DNA of 13,916 bases from Candidatus Micrarchaeaceae archaeon (GTDB lineage: Archaea > Micrarchaeota > Micrarchaeia > Micrarchaeales > CABMGC01). The DNA lies in assembly GCA_038873795.1 (NCBI GenBank), contig JAVZDR010000014.1, forward strand, positions 1-13,916, read 5' to 3'. The notes beneath the pieces are model-generated. The model saw only the letters and a program-made list of their open reading frames with translations, was not told the DNA's origin and did no database searches. The stretch's first letter is position 1; every line of letters begins with the position of its first letter. Shown here in pieces: positions 1-8,262 of the stretch. Both the position numbers and the translations under genes were made by a program.

Positions 1-2
1 TA

Positions 3-1013
3 GCAGGAAGCCCGCTTGAGATCACTAATAGCATATTGCCATACGCAACAAACGCGATATGCAACCTTGCCGTATCGGCGGGTTCAAGCAACCCTAGTTT
101 TACAACGCAGCTTGATTATGGCCTAGCCGCAAGCTATGTGATACTGGCAAATCTGACAAACCAGTCAGCTGTCAACCTAAATTCCCTATATGTATTTGCA
201 GGCTTTGTGGGTTCGCTGTCAACCCTAACATCCACAACAACCTTCTGCCTTAGTGGCCCACCCTGCCTCCTACCTATTTCCCCGGGTCTTGATACTGTCA
301 CTTTTTCATATACGCCACTTGCCGGCTATGCAGCGCTAAGAATTGCGCTGAAGCCGCTGGAAACAGAGGCTAACCTAATATTTGAATCATTTGTGCTTCA
401 GTTGCTCTCTATCTCATTCTTCCTTTATGCATGGCCGTTCCTGCTTGCAGCTGGTATAATCCTCAGGGCATCATTCTTCACGAGGCGTGTTGGCGGCCTT
501 CTGATCGCGATGAGCCTTGCTGCCACAATCTTCTTCCCATTTGTAATGCTTCTCGAATATTCTTCGCTGAGCAACCTCTCAGCCATGTCGCCCATAGGTG
601 CAAATAGCATTCCAACGCTGAGCATACCAGATTACAAACTGAACTATTACGTCTTTCCGAACATAAAAAACATAGTGGATACTTACAGCTGCGGGCCTCC
701 TTTCTACAATCTGGGGATTGGCGAAGCTTATGCTGCTGCACCATATCTAGTGCCTTTTGCTGGCCTAGCTTTAGGCGTTGGATATGCACTTTATGGCTTT
801 GTCGGTGGCATACCAAGCATACCATGGATTAGCTGCACACCAAGCAACGCGCTCAACACAATTCTAACTTTCGTCAATGCTTACGGAGTAATGTCAGTTA
901 CAGGCTTCATACTACCTTTGATAAACATATTATTGAGTCTTTCAATGGTTGTAGGGCTTTCCCAGATGCTTGGCGGTGATACGAACCTGCTTGGCATAGG
1001 CAGGCTGGTGTAG
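3..1013 (+). CDS. Polytopic membrane protein, CedA/TedA/VirB6-like paralog 1 (5'-truncated by the window edge)
   Basis: The frame is open from base 3 (AGSPLEITNSILPY...), so the TTG at 36 is probably not the true start. It has several hydrophobic helices, the motif GIILRASFFTRRVGG-LLIA...FFP (453-497) and a C-terminal PLINILLSLSMVVGLSQMLGG segment shared with the next three genes. Confidence 0.75.
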   Translation, partial: AGSPLEITNSILPYATNAICNLAVSAGSSNPSFTTQLDYGLAASYVILANLTNQSAVNLNSLYVFAGFVGSLSTLTSTTTFCLSGPPCLLPISPGLDTVTFSYTPLAGYAALRIALKPLETEANLIFESFVLQLLSISFFLYAWPFLLAAGIILRASFFTRRVGGLLIAMSLAATIFFPFVMLLEYSSLSNLSAMSPIGANSIPTLSIPDYKLNYYVFPNIKNIVDTYSCGPPFYNLGIGEAYAAAPYLVPFAGLALGVGYALYGFVGGIPSIPWISCTPSNALNTILTFVNAYGVMSVTGFILPLINILLSLSMVVGLSQMLGGDTNLLGIGRLV

Positions 1014-1015
1014 GC

Positions 1016-2116
1016 ATGAACAGAGCTGCATTGTTGGCAATGATCGCATTCATGCTTCTTGTAGGCAGCGCAAGCGCGCAGAGCCTCTTCTGCTCAACGC
1101 TTTATGCAAATTCTTCTACAAATACCTATTACGGAATGTTTGCCATAGCTTTGGTCATAATACTTACGGTCTTTGTTGTGCTGGGCCTTGTGTACGCAAT
1201 AGGCTATGCGTTCAGGATAGACAAGCTTACAAACTATGTCAAAACTGAAATACTTGAGAGCATTGCAAATCTGGTGCTGATAGCAATATTCTCCGGAGGC
1301 ATTGGTGTGGCATTCGCTGCTTCTGTCTTTTTCGCCAATGTGGGCATGGCTGGATTGCAGGAAGCAAGTATCTCTGGGCTTACCACTTCCCCCACGACTG
1401 TAAGTTCTGCTAGTGCGATGTATATGCAGCTATGCGAGAATTACTACTCAAAACTCCTTTCTGTTTTTGGCACAGTCGTCACCCTTTATGCTTCTTCTTG
1501 GTTCCTCGGCCTACTCACTAGCTTTAACATAGGACTTATGCCGAATGGTTTTGGGGCTTCTTTTCATCCTTTCATCGGTCTTGATCCAACAACCCTCTTC
1601 TTTTATCTGCTGCAGAATGTAGCAATAGGCATAATAATAATTTACCTTGCAATAATAATGCTCACATGGTTGATCTTCTACCTCTTCCCAATATTCCTAT
1701 ATGCGGGCATATTGTTCCGTTCATTTCCATGGACAAGAGCAGCAGGCGGCACAATGCTTGCAATCTTTATATCTTTTTACATAATATTGCCTGCGATTCT
1801 CTATCCATTTTCATTTTCTAAGGTCCCAATCCCAGCCCAGCAAAGTGGGTCATCCCTATTATTACCACCTTCTATTCCAGGGCTTCCAACAGGGCTTGCA
1901 TCGATATCTGACATTGAACATTTCTTCAGCTCTCTATTCTCCCCAAATAATGCAATCGAATACTTCGTGCCATCCCTAGCCGATGCCGGAATCCAACTCT
2001 TTGGCGTGATAATAGCACTTTTGATATCTTTCGACCTCATAGAATCATTTGCTGAACTTCTTGGGACGCCATCCCTTAGGGGGCAATCGCACAAGATGCT
2101 GAGAAAGGTGATATGA
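1016..2116 (+). CDS. Polytopic membrane protein with signal peptide, CedA/VirB6-like paralog 2
   Basis: 366 aa, starting 2 nt after the previous stop. Signal-peptide-like N-terminus (MNRAALLAMIAFMLLVGSASA|QS), TM-amphipathic-TM hairpin YAIGYAFRIDKLTNYVKTEILESIANLVLIAIF, and the motif GILFRSFPWTRAAGG-TMLA...ILP. Confidence 0.8.
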   Translation: MNRAALLAMIAFMLLVGSASAQSLFCSTLYANSSTNTYYGMFAIALVIILTVFVVLGLVYAIGYAFRIDKLTNYVKTEILESIANLVLIAIFSGGIGVAFAASVFFANVGMAGLQEASISGLTTSPTTVSSASAMYMQLCENYYSKLLSVFGTVVTLYASSWFLGLLTSFNIGLMPNGFGASFHPFIGLDPTTLFFYLLQNVAIGIIIIYLAIIMLTWLIFYLFPIFLYAGILFRSFPWTRAAGGTMLAIFISFYIILPAILYPFSFSKVPIPAQQSGSSLLLPPSIPGLPTGLASISDIEHFFSSLFSPNNAIEYFVPSLADAGIQLFGVIIALLISFDLIESFAELLGTPSLRGQSHKMLRKVI

Positions 2117-2117
2117 C

Positions 2118-3143
2118 ATGATGCTGCCACTTGTACTGCTCCAGGCCTCTTGCATAAGCAGCGTCAGCGCCTTCCTAGCATCGCCATACACAAGCTGGTT
2201 CCCAATAGTCACAGCTGCTGCATTGGCCATATTCGGCATACTGGCAATAATGTATGCCCTAAGCCCATTTCTCGGTGCAACAAACATGAGGTCATGGCTG
2301 CGCACAAAGATGTTCGACGTCTTCTTCTCCATAGTGCTTATAATAATATTCGCAGCCTTCGGCACAATGGTCTGCAGCATAAATCCCGTGCCTTCATTCA
2401 AAAACGCTGGAATGACAGCGCTACAGTGTACCTCAACTGATTCGCTATACGGGCTGGCGCTCTGCAACATCTACCAATTCAATCAAGGAATAGTAAACCT
2501 TAACTGGGCCATATTCCTAGCTTTGTTTGGATTCTCTTTTATGCCAACCGTAACGGTGGACCTTCAGTTCATACCAGGTCTGCCAGGGTTTGGCCTGTCC
2601 GTGGCAATCCCAAGCCTAACTAGCGGCATGACATTAATGCTTGGTAGCGCGCTTACTTCTTTGAGCATGGGGCTGCTTCTGAACCAGCTCCAACTTCTCA
2701 TAATCGCGTCGTCGCTGCTCATCTTCGCATCATTCATGGCCATAGGCTTGATAGCTAGGATATTTGGCATCTCTCGGTCCTTTGGCGGCACAATGATAGC
2801 ATTTGCAATGGGCGTAGGCTTCATATACCCTCTGCTAGTGAGCATAACCTACGGCTTTATGAATGCTCAGCTCTCCACAGTGGGTACAATCGCACTCACT
2901 AATGTATTGGCTAGCCTGCTTCTTTTGCATGTTCCTACCGGTGGCATACTTAGCATAGCAGTATCAGCAACACCTGAGGCTTCTGCAATATTGTCGGTAC
3001 TCATGTATCTTGGAATTTTTGCAATAGGCCTGTTGTTCATACCAATACTCAACTTTATTATACTTGACGCATTCATAATTGATTTTTCAAGGGCTGTAGG
3101 AGAAAAAATAGACTTCATGTCGCTGCTTGTGAGGATGGTATGA
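2118..3143 (+). CDS. Polytopic membrane protein, CedA/VirB6-like paralog 3
   Basis: 341 aa, 1 nt after the previous stop. Hairpin YALSPFLGATNMRSWLRTKMFDVFFSIVLIIIF, motif GLIARIFGISRSFGG-TMIA...IYP, and C-terminal PILNFIILDAFIIDFSRAVG. Confidence 0.8.
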   Translation: MMLPLVLLQASCISSVSAFLASPYTSWFPIVTAAALAIFGILAIMYALSPFLGATNMRSWLRTKMFDVFFSIVLIIIFAAFGTMVCSINPVPSFKNAGMTALQCTSTDSLYGLALCNIYQFNQGIVNLNWAIFLALFGFSFMPTVTVDLQFIPGLPGFGLSVAIPSLTSGMTLMLGSALTSLSMGLLLNQLQLLIIASSLLIFASFMAIGLIARIFGISRSFGGTMIAFAMGVGFIYPLLVSITYGFMNAQLSTVGTIALTNVLASLLLLHVPTGGILSIAVSATPEASAILSVLMYLGIFAIGLLFIPILNFIILDAFIIDFSRAVGEKIDFMSLLVRMV

Positions 3144-4264
3144 AAAAACTTTACATACTGATATTGGCCGCATTCTTCCTCTTAACGCTATCCACAGTTC
3201 CTTCTCTTTTTGCGCGTCCGACATCTCCTCCACCAGCCACTCTTCCTCAAGCATCAAGTGTGGCAAGCTGCCCAACAACAGTCAATGCGCTTGCGCCGTG
3301 GTACTGCAGCCAGATAAACCAGGCTGTCTACGAGGCATGGAAACCATGGCTTCCCATAGCGCTGATAGTAATACTCGTCTCATTCATGATAGGCGTTATG
3401 ATATTCATAGCTGGAATCATAGCCAACAATGAAAAGATAAGGAACTTTGGCGTAGGCGAGATATATGAGGCGCTCGCAACTGCAATAATCGTCATTCTCT
3501 TCATGTTCATAGCCGCAGTAATGTTTGGCCTTATTCCCTCTTTTGCTGTGGGTTCTATAGACCCGTACAATACCTCGCTTGTATACATAAATAGAACCAT
3601 AAACGTAACAGAGATGGTCTTCGCAAGCCTCTACAACACCAACATAGTTGCGTCTTATTATGCAAGCATCGCAATCTCAATACAAGTTGCCGGCCAGAGT
3701 ACCGCATCATTTTTGTCTTCCGTTCTCTCCCCGCTGTATTCTGCAGTTGTTGAAATCCTTTATGTGATACCATCTTATGCTATAGACTCCCTTCTCATGG
3801 ATGGCCTGTTGGTACTCGAAACAGAGTTCCACATGATCCTGCTGTTCATGTACGCAGCCATACCTGTCTTCCTCATACCTGGCATAATACTTAGGGCAAT
3901 ACTTCCTACAAGGTCGCTTGGAGGAATGATGATAGCGCTGGCCATAGGCTTCTACATGATAATGCCTATCCTTTTCGCCATAGTATATGCCTTCACAAGC
4001 CACTCAGTGCTGCAGACAATGCAGTCTGAGGCCGCAGCGATAAATGCATATGGCAGTGGCACAGGCTCGCAGTCAAATGCTGTTTCGCCTACAAGCCCAC
4101 TTGTCCTTGAGCTCGGCAACATACAAAGCTCTATGGGGGCATTCTGGCTCTCTGTGCTTTTCTATCCAGCCTTGATAATAGCCATGACCTACGCAATGGT
4201 CACGCAGCTTGCAAACTTCATAGGCGGCTTTGCGCAGAAGTCTGGCAGGCTTTTGGCTCTATAA
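3140..4264 (+). CDS. Polytopic membrane protein with signal peptide, CedA/VirB6-like paralog 4
   Basis: 374 aa with an ATGA start/stop overlap with the previous gene. Signal-like N-terminus followed by a Pro/Ser/Thr linker, hairpin FIAGIIANNEKIRNFGVGEIYEALATAIIVILF, motif GIILRAILPTRSLGG-MMIA...IMP, and C-terminal PALIIAMTYAMVTQLANFIGG. Confidence 0.8.
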   Translation: MKKLYILILAAFFLLTLSTVPSLFARPTSPPPATLPQASSVASCPTTVNALAPWYCSQINQAVYEAWKPWLPIALIVILVSFMIGVMIFIAGIIANNEKIRNFGVGEIYEALATAIIVILFMFIAAVMFGLIPSFAVGSIDPYNTSLVYINRTINVTEMVFASLYNTNIVASYYASIAISIQVAGQSTASFLSSVLSPLYSAVVEILYVIPSYAIDSLLMDGLLVLETEFHMILLFMYAAIPVFLIPGIILRAILPTRSLGGMMIALAIGFYMIMPILFAIVYAFTSHSVLQTMQSEAAAINAYGSGTGSQSNAVSPTSPLVLELGNIQSSMGAFWLSVLFYPALIIAMTYAMVTQLANFIGGFAQKSGRLLAL

Positions 4265-4266
4265 CA

Positions 4267-4305
4267 TTTATAGTTTTGTTTTGCAATTAATAATGCTAGG
4301 TGTGA
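4267..4305 (+). promoter_or_regulatory. Putative internal TATA box (TTTATA, 4267-4272) and Shine-Dalgarno (GGTGTGA, 4299-4305)
   Basis: AT-rich intergenic gap in an otherwise abutting gene cluster; the GGTG motif precedes the in-frame TTG at 4308. Confidence 0.35.
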
Positions 4306-4307
4306 CC

Positions 4308-5135
4308 TTGGCACTGAGCATGAGAACGGTGTTTTTCGTAGCCTTTCTCGGCGCATCCCTAGTGCTTCTTCTTTTCTCGACACTCGCACCCGGCTACATT
4401 CTCAGGTTTGTACTGGTACTCTTTGCCCTAATATCCGACGTAATAGCCTTTTCTACTAGGTTCTACACATATATATTCATGCCCATCTTCAGGATGAAAG
4501 GCAGGCGCATAGTGCTAAAAGGCGAAGAGGCATTCGTGCTAGCGCCGGGCGGCAATGCCATAGTCGTAAGGGACGGAGCTGATGTATATGCAACCGCATT
4601 CGTTAAGATCCCAATATACAGATCATCAACAGAAATGAGCGACGAAGAGAAGGTGGAATTTGCACGCCTCTTCGGCAGGGTAATGACTCTGAGCAAGACC
4701 CCGGTAAAGATAACAACGCAGGTCTACATAATAGACAAGGACGAATACCTTAACAAGATAAGGAGCAAGCTCAACGATGCGGAGGAAAATTATCAGAAGC
4801 TCTCTTCAGACAAGTCCTCGCCGCAGAACCTGCTTGATAGGGCAAAGGGCGAAGTGACTATGTGGCAGAACATGCTTGAGAACATAGGCAAGGCAAAGTC
4901 GCGCATGCAGGTCTCATACGCAATGGTCACCGCGCTCGGTGGCAACGAGGAGGAAGCCATAAATCTAGCAACTCAGCGCGCCGAAGAGCTCGCAGCTGGC
5001 ATAGGTGCTATATATGGTGTCACAGCATCGCTCGCAAATGCAGCTGACATACTCACATTCATTGAGCCTGATCACGCCATACCCTTCTCATCGATAAGCG
5101 AGGAGATGAAGCAGAAAACAATTGAGGCTGGTTAG
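4308..5135 (+). CDS. 2-TM membrane-anchored protein with soluble alpha/beta plus coiled-coil domain (VirB3/VirB4-N-terminal-domain-like), paralog A
   Basis: The ORF-track start at 4230 overlaps the previous gene; the likely start is TTG 4308 after GGTG (alternatives ATG 4293 or 4320). Two N-terminal hydrophobic helices, then VYATAFVKIPIY...PVKITTQV...helical hairpin...SYAMVTALGGNEEEAINLATQRAEEL. Confidence 0.7.
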   Translation: MALSMRTVFFVAFLGASLVLLLFSTLAPGYILRFVLVLFALISDVIAFSTRFYTYIFMPIFRMKGRRIVLKGEEAFVLAPGGNAIVVRDGADVYATAFVKIPIYRSSTEMSDEEKVEFARLFGRVMTLSKTPVKITTQVYIIDKDEYLNKIRSKLNDAEENYQKLSSDKSSPQNLLDRAKGEVTMWQNMLENIGKAKSRMQVSYAMVTALGGNEEEAINLATQRAEELAAGIGAIYGVTASLANAADILTFIEPDHAIPFSSISEEMKQKTIEAG

Positions 5136-5136
5136 C

Positions 5137-5970
5137 ATGGATGAGACAACCATAATGTATGTGAGCATAACATCGCTGATAGCACTGCTAGCAATTCTGA
5201 TGGTAAGCGCTTACGGTCCATTCAAGGTGGCTGTAGCAATCTTAGCTGTGATTGCGATACTTGCAATACTGATAATAAACTATGCAGACTTTCTTGTCTT
5301 CCCCCTTCTCACCATTGCACTTAACGCCACAATAGTGCCAGCGAAGGACTACACTATAAACAAGCACCAGAACAGCATTATAAAGTTTTCAAATGGCATC
5401 TACTATGCAATTGGCTACCTCTCTGCAAACCTCTATAGTTATGCATTCACAGAGGAGAAAGCAGCTGAGGAGGCCGTAGAGGAGGCCGCCCTAGCTTCCT
5501 CAGCAGGCAAATGGGAGAGGATAGTCATGAATGTTGATTTCCCTTTCAAGTTCAATGCGATTGTGGCAGCCCAGGAGATACAGGCCTATAGGGACGAGCT
5601 TGAGGGGAAGCGCAGCTTCCTTGAGTTCCAGCTCTCGAAAGAGATGAGCAGCAGCAATCCGAGCCAGCTTGCGATCGACGACTACCAGAGGCGCATAAAC
5701 ATACTGCAAGCAAGGATAGAGAGGCTCTCCAGCGGCGAAAGGCCCGTAAATAGCGTCATGTACATAGAGACGGTAGCCGCGGGAGTGAGCGAAAAGGCTG
5801 CTGTGGACGCTCTCAACACGCAGCTTGACCACCTTCAAACAGTCTTCAACGCCCTCGACCTCAGCATAACCAGAGTTGTGGGAAGGGAGCTCTACATGCT
5901 CTTCAAGTTCAATTATGCCCTGCCTATCTTCACAAGTGCGCTCACGGACTACTTCCAGCAACAGAAATAA
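5137..5970 (+). CDS. 2-TM membrane-anchored protein with soluble alpha/beta plus coiled-coil domain (VirB3/VirB4-N-terminal-domain-like), paralog B
   Basis: ATG 5137 lies 1 nt after the upstream stop. Same architecture as the previous gene: 2 TM, YYAIGYLSANLY...PFKFNAIV...helical hairpin...MYIETVAAGVSEKAAVDALNTQLDHL. Confidence 0.7.
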   Translation: MDETTIMYVSITSLIALLAILMVSAYGPFKVAVAILAVIAILAILIINYADFLVFPLLTIALNATIVPAKDYTINKHQNSIIKFSNGIYYAIGYLSANLYSYAFTEEKAAEEAVEEAALASSAGKWERIVMNVDFPFKFNAIVAAQEIQAYRDELEGKRSFLEFQLSKEMSSSNPSQLAIDDYQRRINILQARIERLSSGERPVNSVMYIETVAAGVSEKAAVDALNTQLDHLQTVFNALDLSITRVVGRELYMLFKFNYALPIFTSALTDYFQQQK

Positions 5971-5975
5971 GTATT

Positions 5976-6000
5976 TATCACTATATCACTAAAATGATAT
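5976..6000. promoter_or_regulatory. Possible operator upstream of the ATPase gene: tandem TATCACTA x2 overlapping the inverted repeat ATATCA-N6-TGATAT
   Basis: TATCACTA at 5976-5983 and 5984-5991; ATATCA at 5983-5988 and TGATAT at 5995-6000; all in a 31-nt AT-rich intergenic gap. Confidence 0.3.
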
Positions 6001-6001
6001 T

Positions 6002-7507
6002 ATGACATTGATAAAGGTCCAAAGCATAATGAGCAATGAACTCTCTAAGAGAGTCTTCTTCAGTAGACCGCCAGAGCCGCCGCAGGAATACCTATTAAAC
6101 GATCCAACGAACTCGATCTTCGTAGGCATCTCGAGGATGTTCGAGACACCTTTCACGTGGAGCTTCTTCAACCTTACCAATCCACACATAGCCGTAGTGG
6201 GAATAACAGGCGCAGGCAAAAGCTTCTTCGTCAAGACATTCCTCACCAGGGCAAGCTATGTATGGCATACCAATGCGATAATAATTGACTGGGCAGGTGA
6301 ATACAAGGCATGGGTAAAGCAGAGTGGTGGCACAGTGGTAACTCTTGCTAAAGGCGACTACCTCAACCTTATGGATCTCTCAGGGATGAAGCCCATCGAC
6401 AGGTCAAAGCAGATAATGAACTCACTCGAGATACTTACAGACATAGCCGATTTCCCTGAACAGCGCCGCCTCACAGCCGAGGCTATAGAGCAGGCATATG
6501 TAAATGCGGGATTCATCATCTCACAGCCCCCTCCGCCAAACAAGGAACCGCCCACCCTCAAGGAAGTTATAAACCTACTTGAGGAAAAGCTGCAGGAGGG
6601 CACATATGAATATCCAGCCGAGCTGGAGAATGCTGTCTACAGGCTGCGGCAATTTGCAAGGGAGGGGGAGGACTATTTCGCAAGGAAGAGCACTCTTGAC
6701 CTCGCAAAGCTTGCATCATCCGGCCTTGTAGACATTGACCTCTCAGCCCTCCCTGATGAAAAGTTCAGAGCGCTGGCCGCGCTCTTCATCCTTCAAACCC
6801 TTAAGGAAAAGATGAGGATGGAGAGCTGGAGCGCTGCAAAGGGCCTCAAGGCCATGGTTGTGCTTGACGAGGCATGGAAGATAGCGAGCGATGAAAGGAG
6901 CGATGCGGTGATGATAGTCAGGGAAGGCAGGAAATATCAGTTCGGCCTTATAGTTGCATCGCAGAATCCGACTGATATAAACGAGGCCATATTCTCAAAT
7001 GTTGGCACAACCATAATGCTGAGGATAAAGTTCGCAAAGTTCCTTGACTACATGCAGGGTTCACTCAATTTTTCTGACTTTATAAGGCAGGAGATGGGAA
7101 AGTTTGGCGTAGGCGAAGCTGCTGTAGACATGTCATTCCAGACATCTGTGCAGTTCCCAGAAACATTCCTTATAAAGAGGATAGTTGGCGAAGTGCCACT
7201 TGATGTATATACGATAACAATAGCAGATATACTCAACCAGTCAGAACTCGCAGACCAGAATGTGCAGAAGGAATATTACTTCGAGAAGGTGGACATGCGC
7301 GACAAGTTTATAAACAACAACATAAGCGCAGACGTTTTTGAGAGTATACTGAGGGACCTTGACAACAAAGGCAGGTTTGTAGACATAAGGGCATTCGTGC
7401 AGTCCATCATGCAGCTTGGCGTGAGCAAGCAGTCTGCAGTAAGCATATTGAGGAGCCTCGGCATTGAGGACATATTCATAACAAGGGCATTTACATATGT
7501 GACATAG
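6002..7507 (+). CDS. VirB4/HerA/FtsK-superfamily P-loop ATPase (CedB-like) with C-terminal helical extension
   Basis: NPHIAVVGITGAGKS (Walker A, 6200-6223), IIIDWAGEY, Walker B MVVLDEAW (from 6854), and REGRKYQFGLIVASQNPTD (Arg-finger/Q motif typical of VirB4/HerA). No TM helices. The start could be ATG 6029. Confidence 0.9.
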   Translation: MTLIKVQSIMSNELSKRVFFSRPPEPPQEYLLNDPTNSIFVGISRMFETPFTWSFFNLTNPHIAVVGITGAGKSFFVKTFLTRASYVWHTNAIIIDWAGEYKAWVKQSGGTVVTLAKGDYLNLMDLSGMKPIDRSKQIMNSLEILTDIADFPEQRRLTAEAIEQAYVNAGFIISQPPPPNKEPPTLKEVINLLEEKLQEGTYEYPAELENAVYRLRQFAREGEDYFARKSTLDLAKLASSGLVDIDLSALPDEKFRALAALFILQTLKEKMRMESWSAAKGLKAMVVLDEAWKIASDERSDAVMIVREGRKYQFGLIVASQNPTDINEAIFSNVGTTIMLRIKFAKFLDYMQGSLNFSDFIRQEMGKFGVGEAAVDMSFQTSVQFPETFLIKRIVGEVPLDVYTITIADILNQSELADQNVQKEYYFEKVDMRDKFINNNISADVFESILRDLDNKGRFVDIRAFVQSIMQLGVSKQSAVSILRSLGIEDIFITRAFTYVT

Positions 7508-7514
7508 TGGTGCA

Positions 7515-7811
7515 ATGGGAGCAACCTTTGTAATAAGCAGACTTGACCTCAGGCATATACTCATCACTTTCGGAGTGAGCGAGAAGAAAATAAACGAGTT
7601 CGAGGCTGCGCTTGCAAAGGCACACAGGCACGTCAATGCCATCACACTTTCGAGCATGCTACAGAACATGGGCCTCCGCCAGGAAGAGATAAAGAATGTC
7701 CTGAGGAGGATAGGCATAGATGACGTCACAGCCACAAGCATACTCAATGCCCTCGATGAGGACAAGATAAGCTCCGCATACGGCAGGGTTGTTGAACTTT
7801 CCATATCGTGA
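7515..7811 (+). CDS. Small helical protein paralogous to the C-terminal extension of the upstream ATPase
   Basis: 98 aa with a GGTG Shine-Dalgarno at 7509-7512. It aligns without gaps to the ATPase tail (LRRIGIDD versus LRSLGIED). Confidence 0.75.
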   Translation: MGATFVISRLDLRHILITFGVSEKKINEFEAALAKAHRHVNAITLSSMLQNMGLRQEEIKNVLRRIGIDDVTATSILNALDEDKISSAYGRVVELSIS

Positions 7812-7815
7812 TTTG

Positions 7816-8190
7816 TTGAAGGAATACTGCATAATCTGCGGGAAAGAGAAGCAAGGCATACCTGTAGAGGAAGACAGCGTAATAGCAGCAATAAGGTGGT
7901 TCAAGAGGAACATTACCAAAAACGAGCAGCACAATCTGCTTGTCGTATGCAAGGAATGCTACCCAAAATATGCAAAGGAGAGGAAGAGCTACGAATCAAG
8001 GCGCATCCTTTACATCGCCTTGGGCATAGCGTTCATAATAATCAGCGTCATAGTCTCGCCGCGTGCAACCACAATAGCGATAGCTGTGGCTGTTGCCGCA
8101 TTCCTATACCTGCTTTCCTTCCTGAGCTATATGCCAAAGCTTGATATAGAAAAAGCAAAGGGCAAGGCAAGGCCTCAAGGCGGCAAATAG
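7816..8190 (+). CDS. 4-Cys zinc-finger membrane protein (CxxC...CxxC plus two C-terminal TM helices)
   Basis: CIIC and CKEC, then hydrophobic ILYIALGIAFIIISVIV and TIAIAVAVAAFLYLLSFL, with a basic tail. The likely start is TTG 7813 or 7816, just after the previous stop, rather than 7789. Confidence 0.75.
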   Translation: MKEYCIICGKEKQGIPVEEDSVIAAIRWFKRNITKNEQHNLLVVCKECYPKYAKERKSYESRRILYIALGIAFIIISVIVSPRATTIAIAVAVAAFLYLLSFLSYMPKLDIEKAKGKARPQGGK

Positions 8191-8220
8191 CATGCGCCTT
8201 TCTCAAGCGAAGCATAGGCA

Positions 8221-8257
8221 TAAATATATTTAATTTGATTGCTTTGTTATATTGGTG
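8221..8257 (+). promoter_or_regulatory. Putative TATA box (TAAATATATTTA) and GGTG Shine-Dalgarno for the 8263 gene
   Basis: AT-rich box at 8221-8232, about 30-40 nt upstream of TTG 8263; GGTG at 8254-8257. Confidence 0.45.
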
Positions 8258-8262
8258 TGGTA

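Noticed and set aside
6002..7507. Calling the ATPase the HerA DNA-repair helicase or a VirD4 coupling protein
   Set aside because: It has no N-terminal HAS barrel, no nurA/mre11/rad50 neighbours and no N-terminal TM helices; the membrane-protein context fits a VirB4/CedB-like role better.
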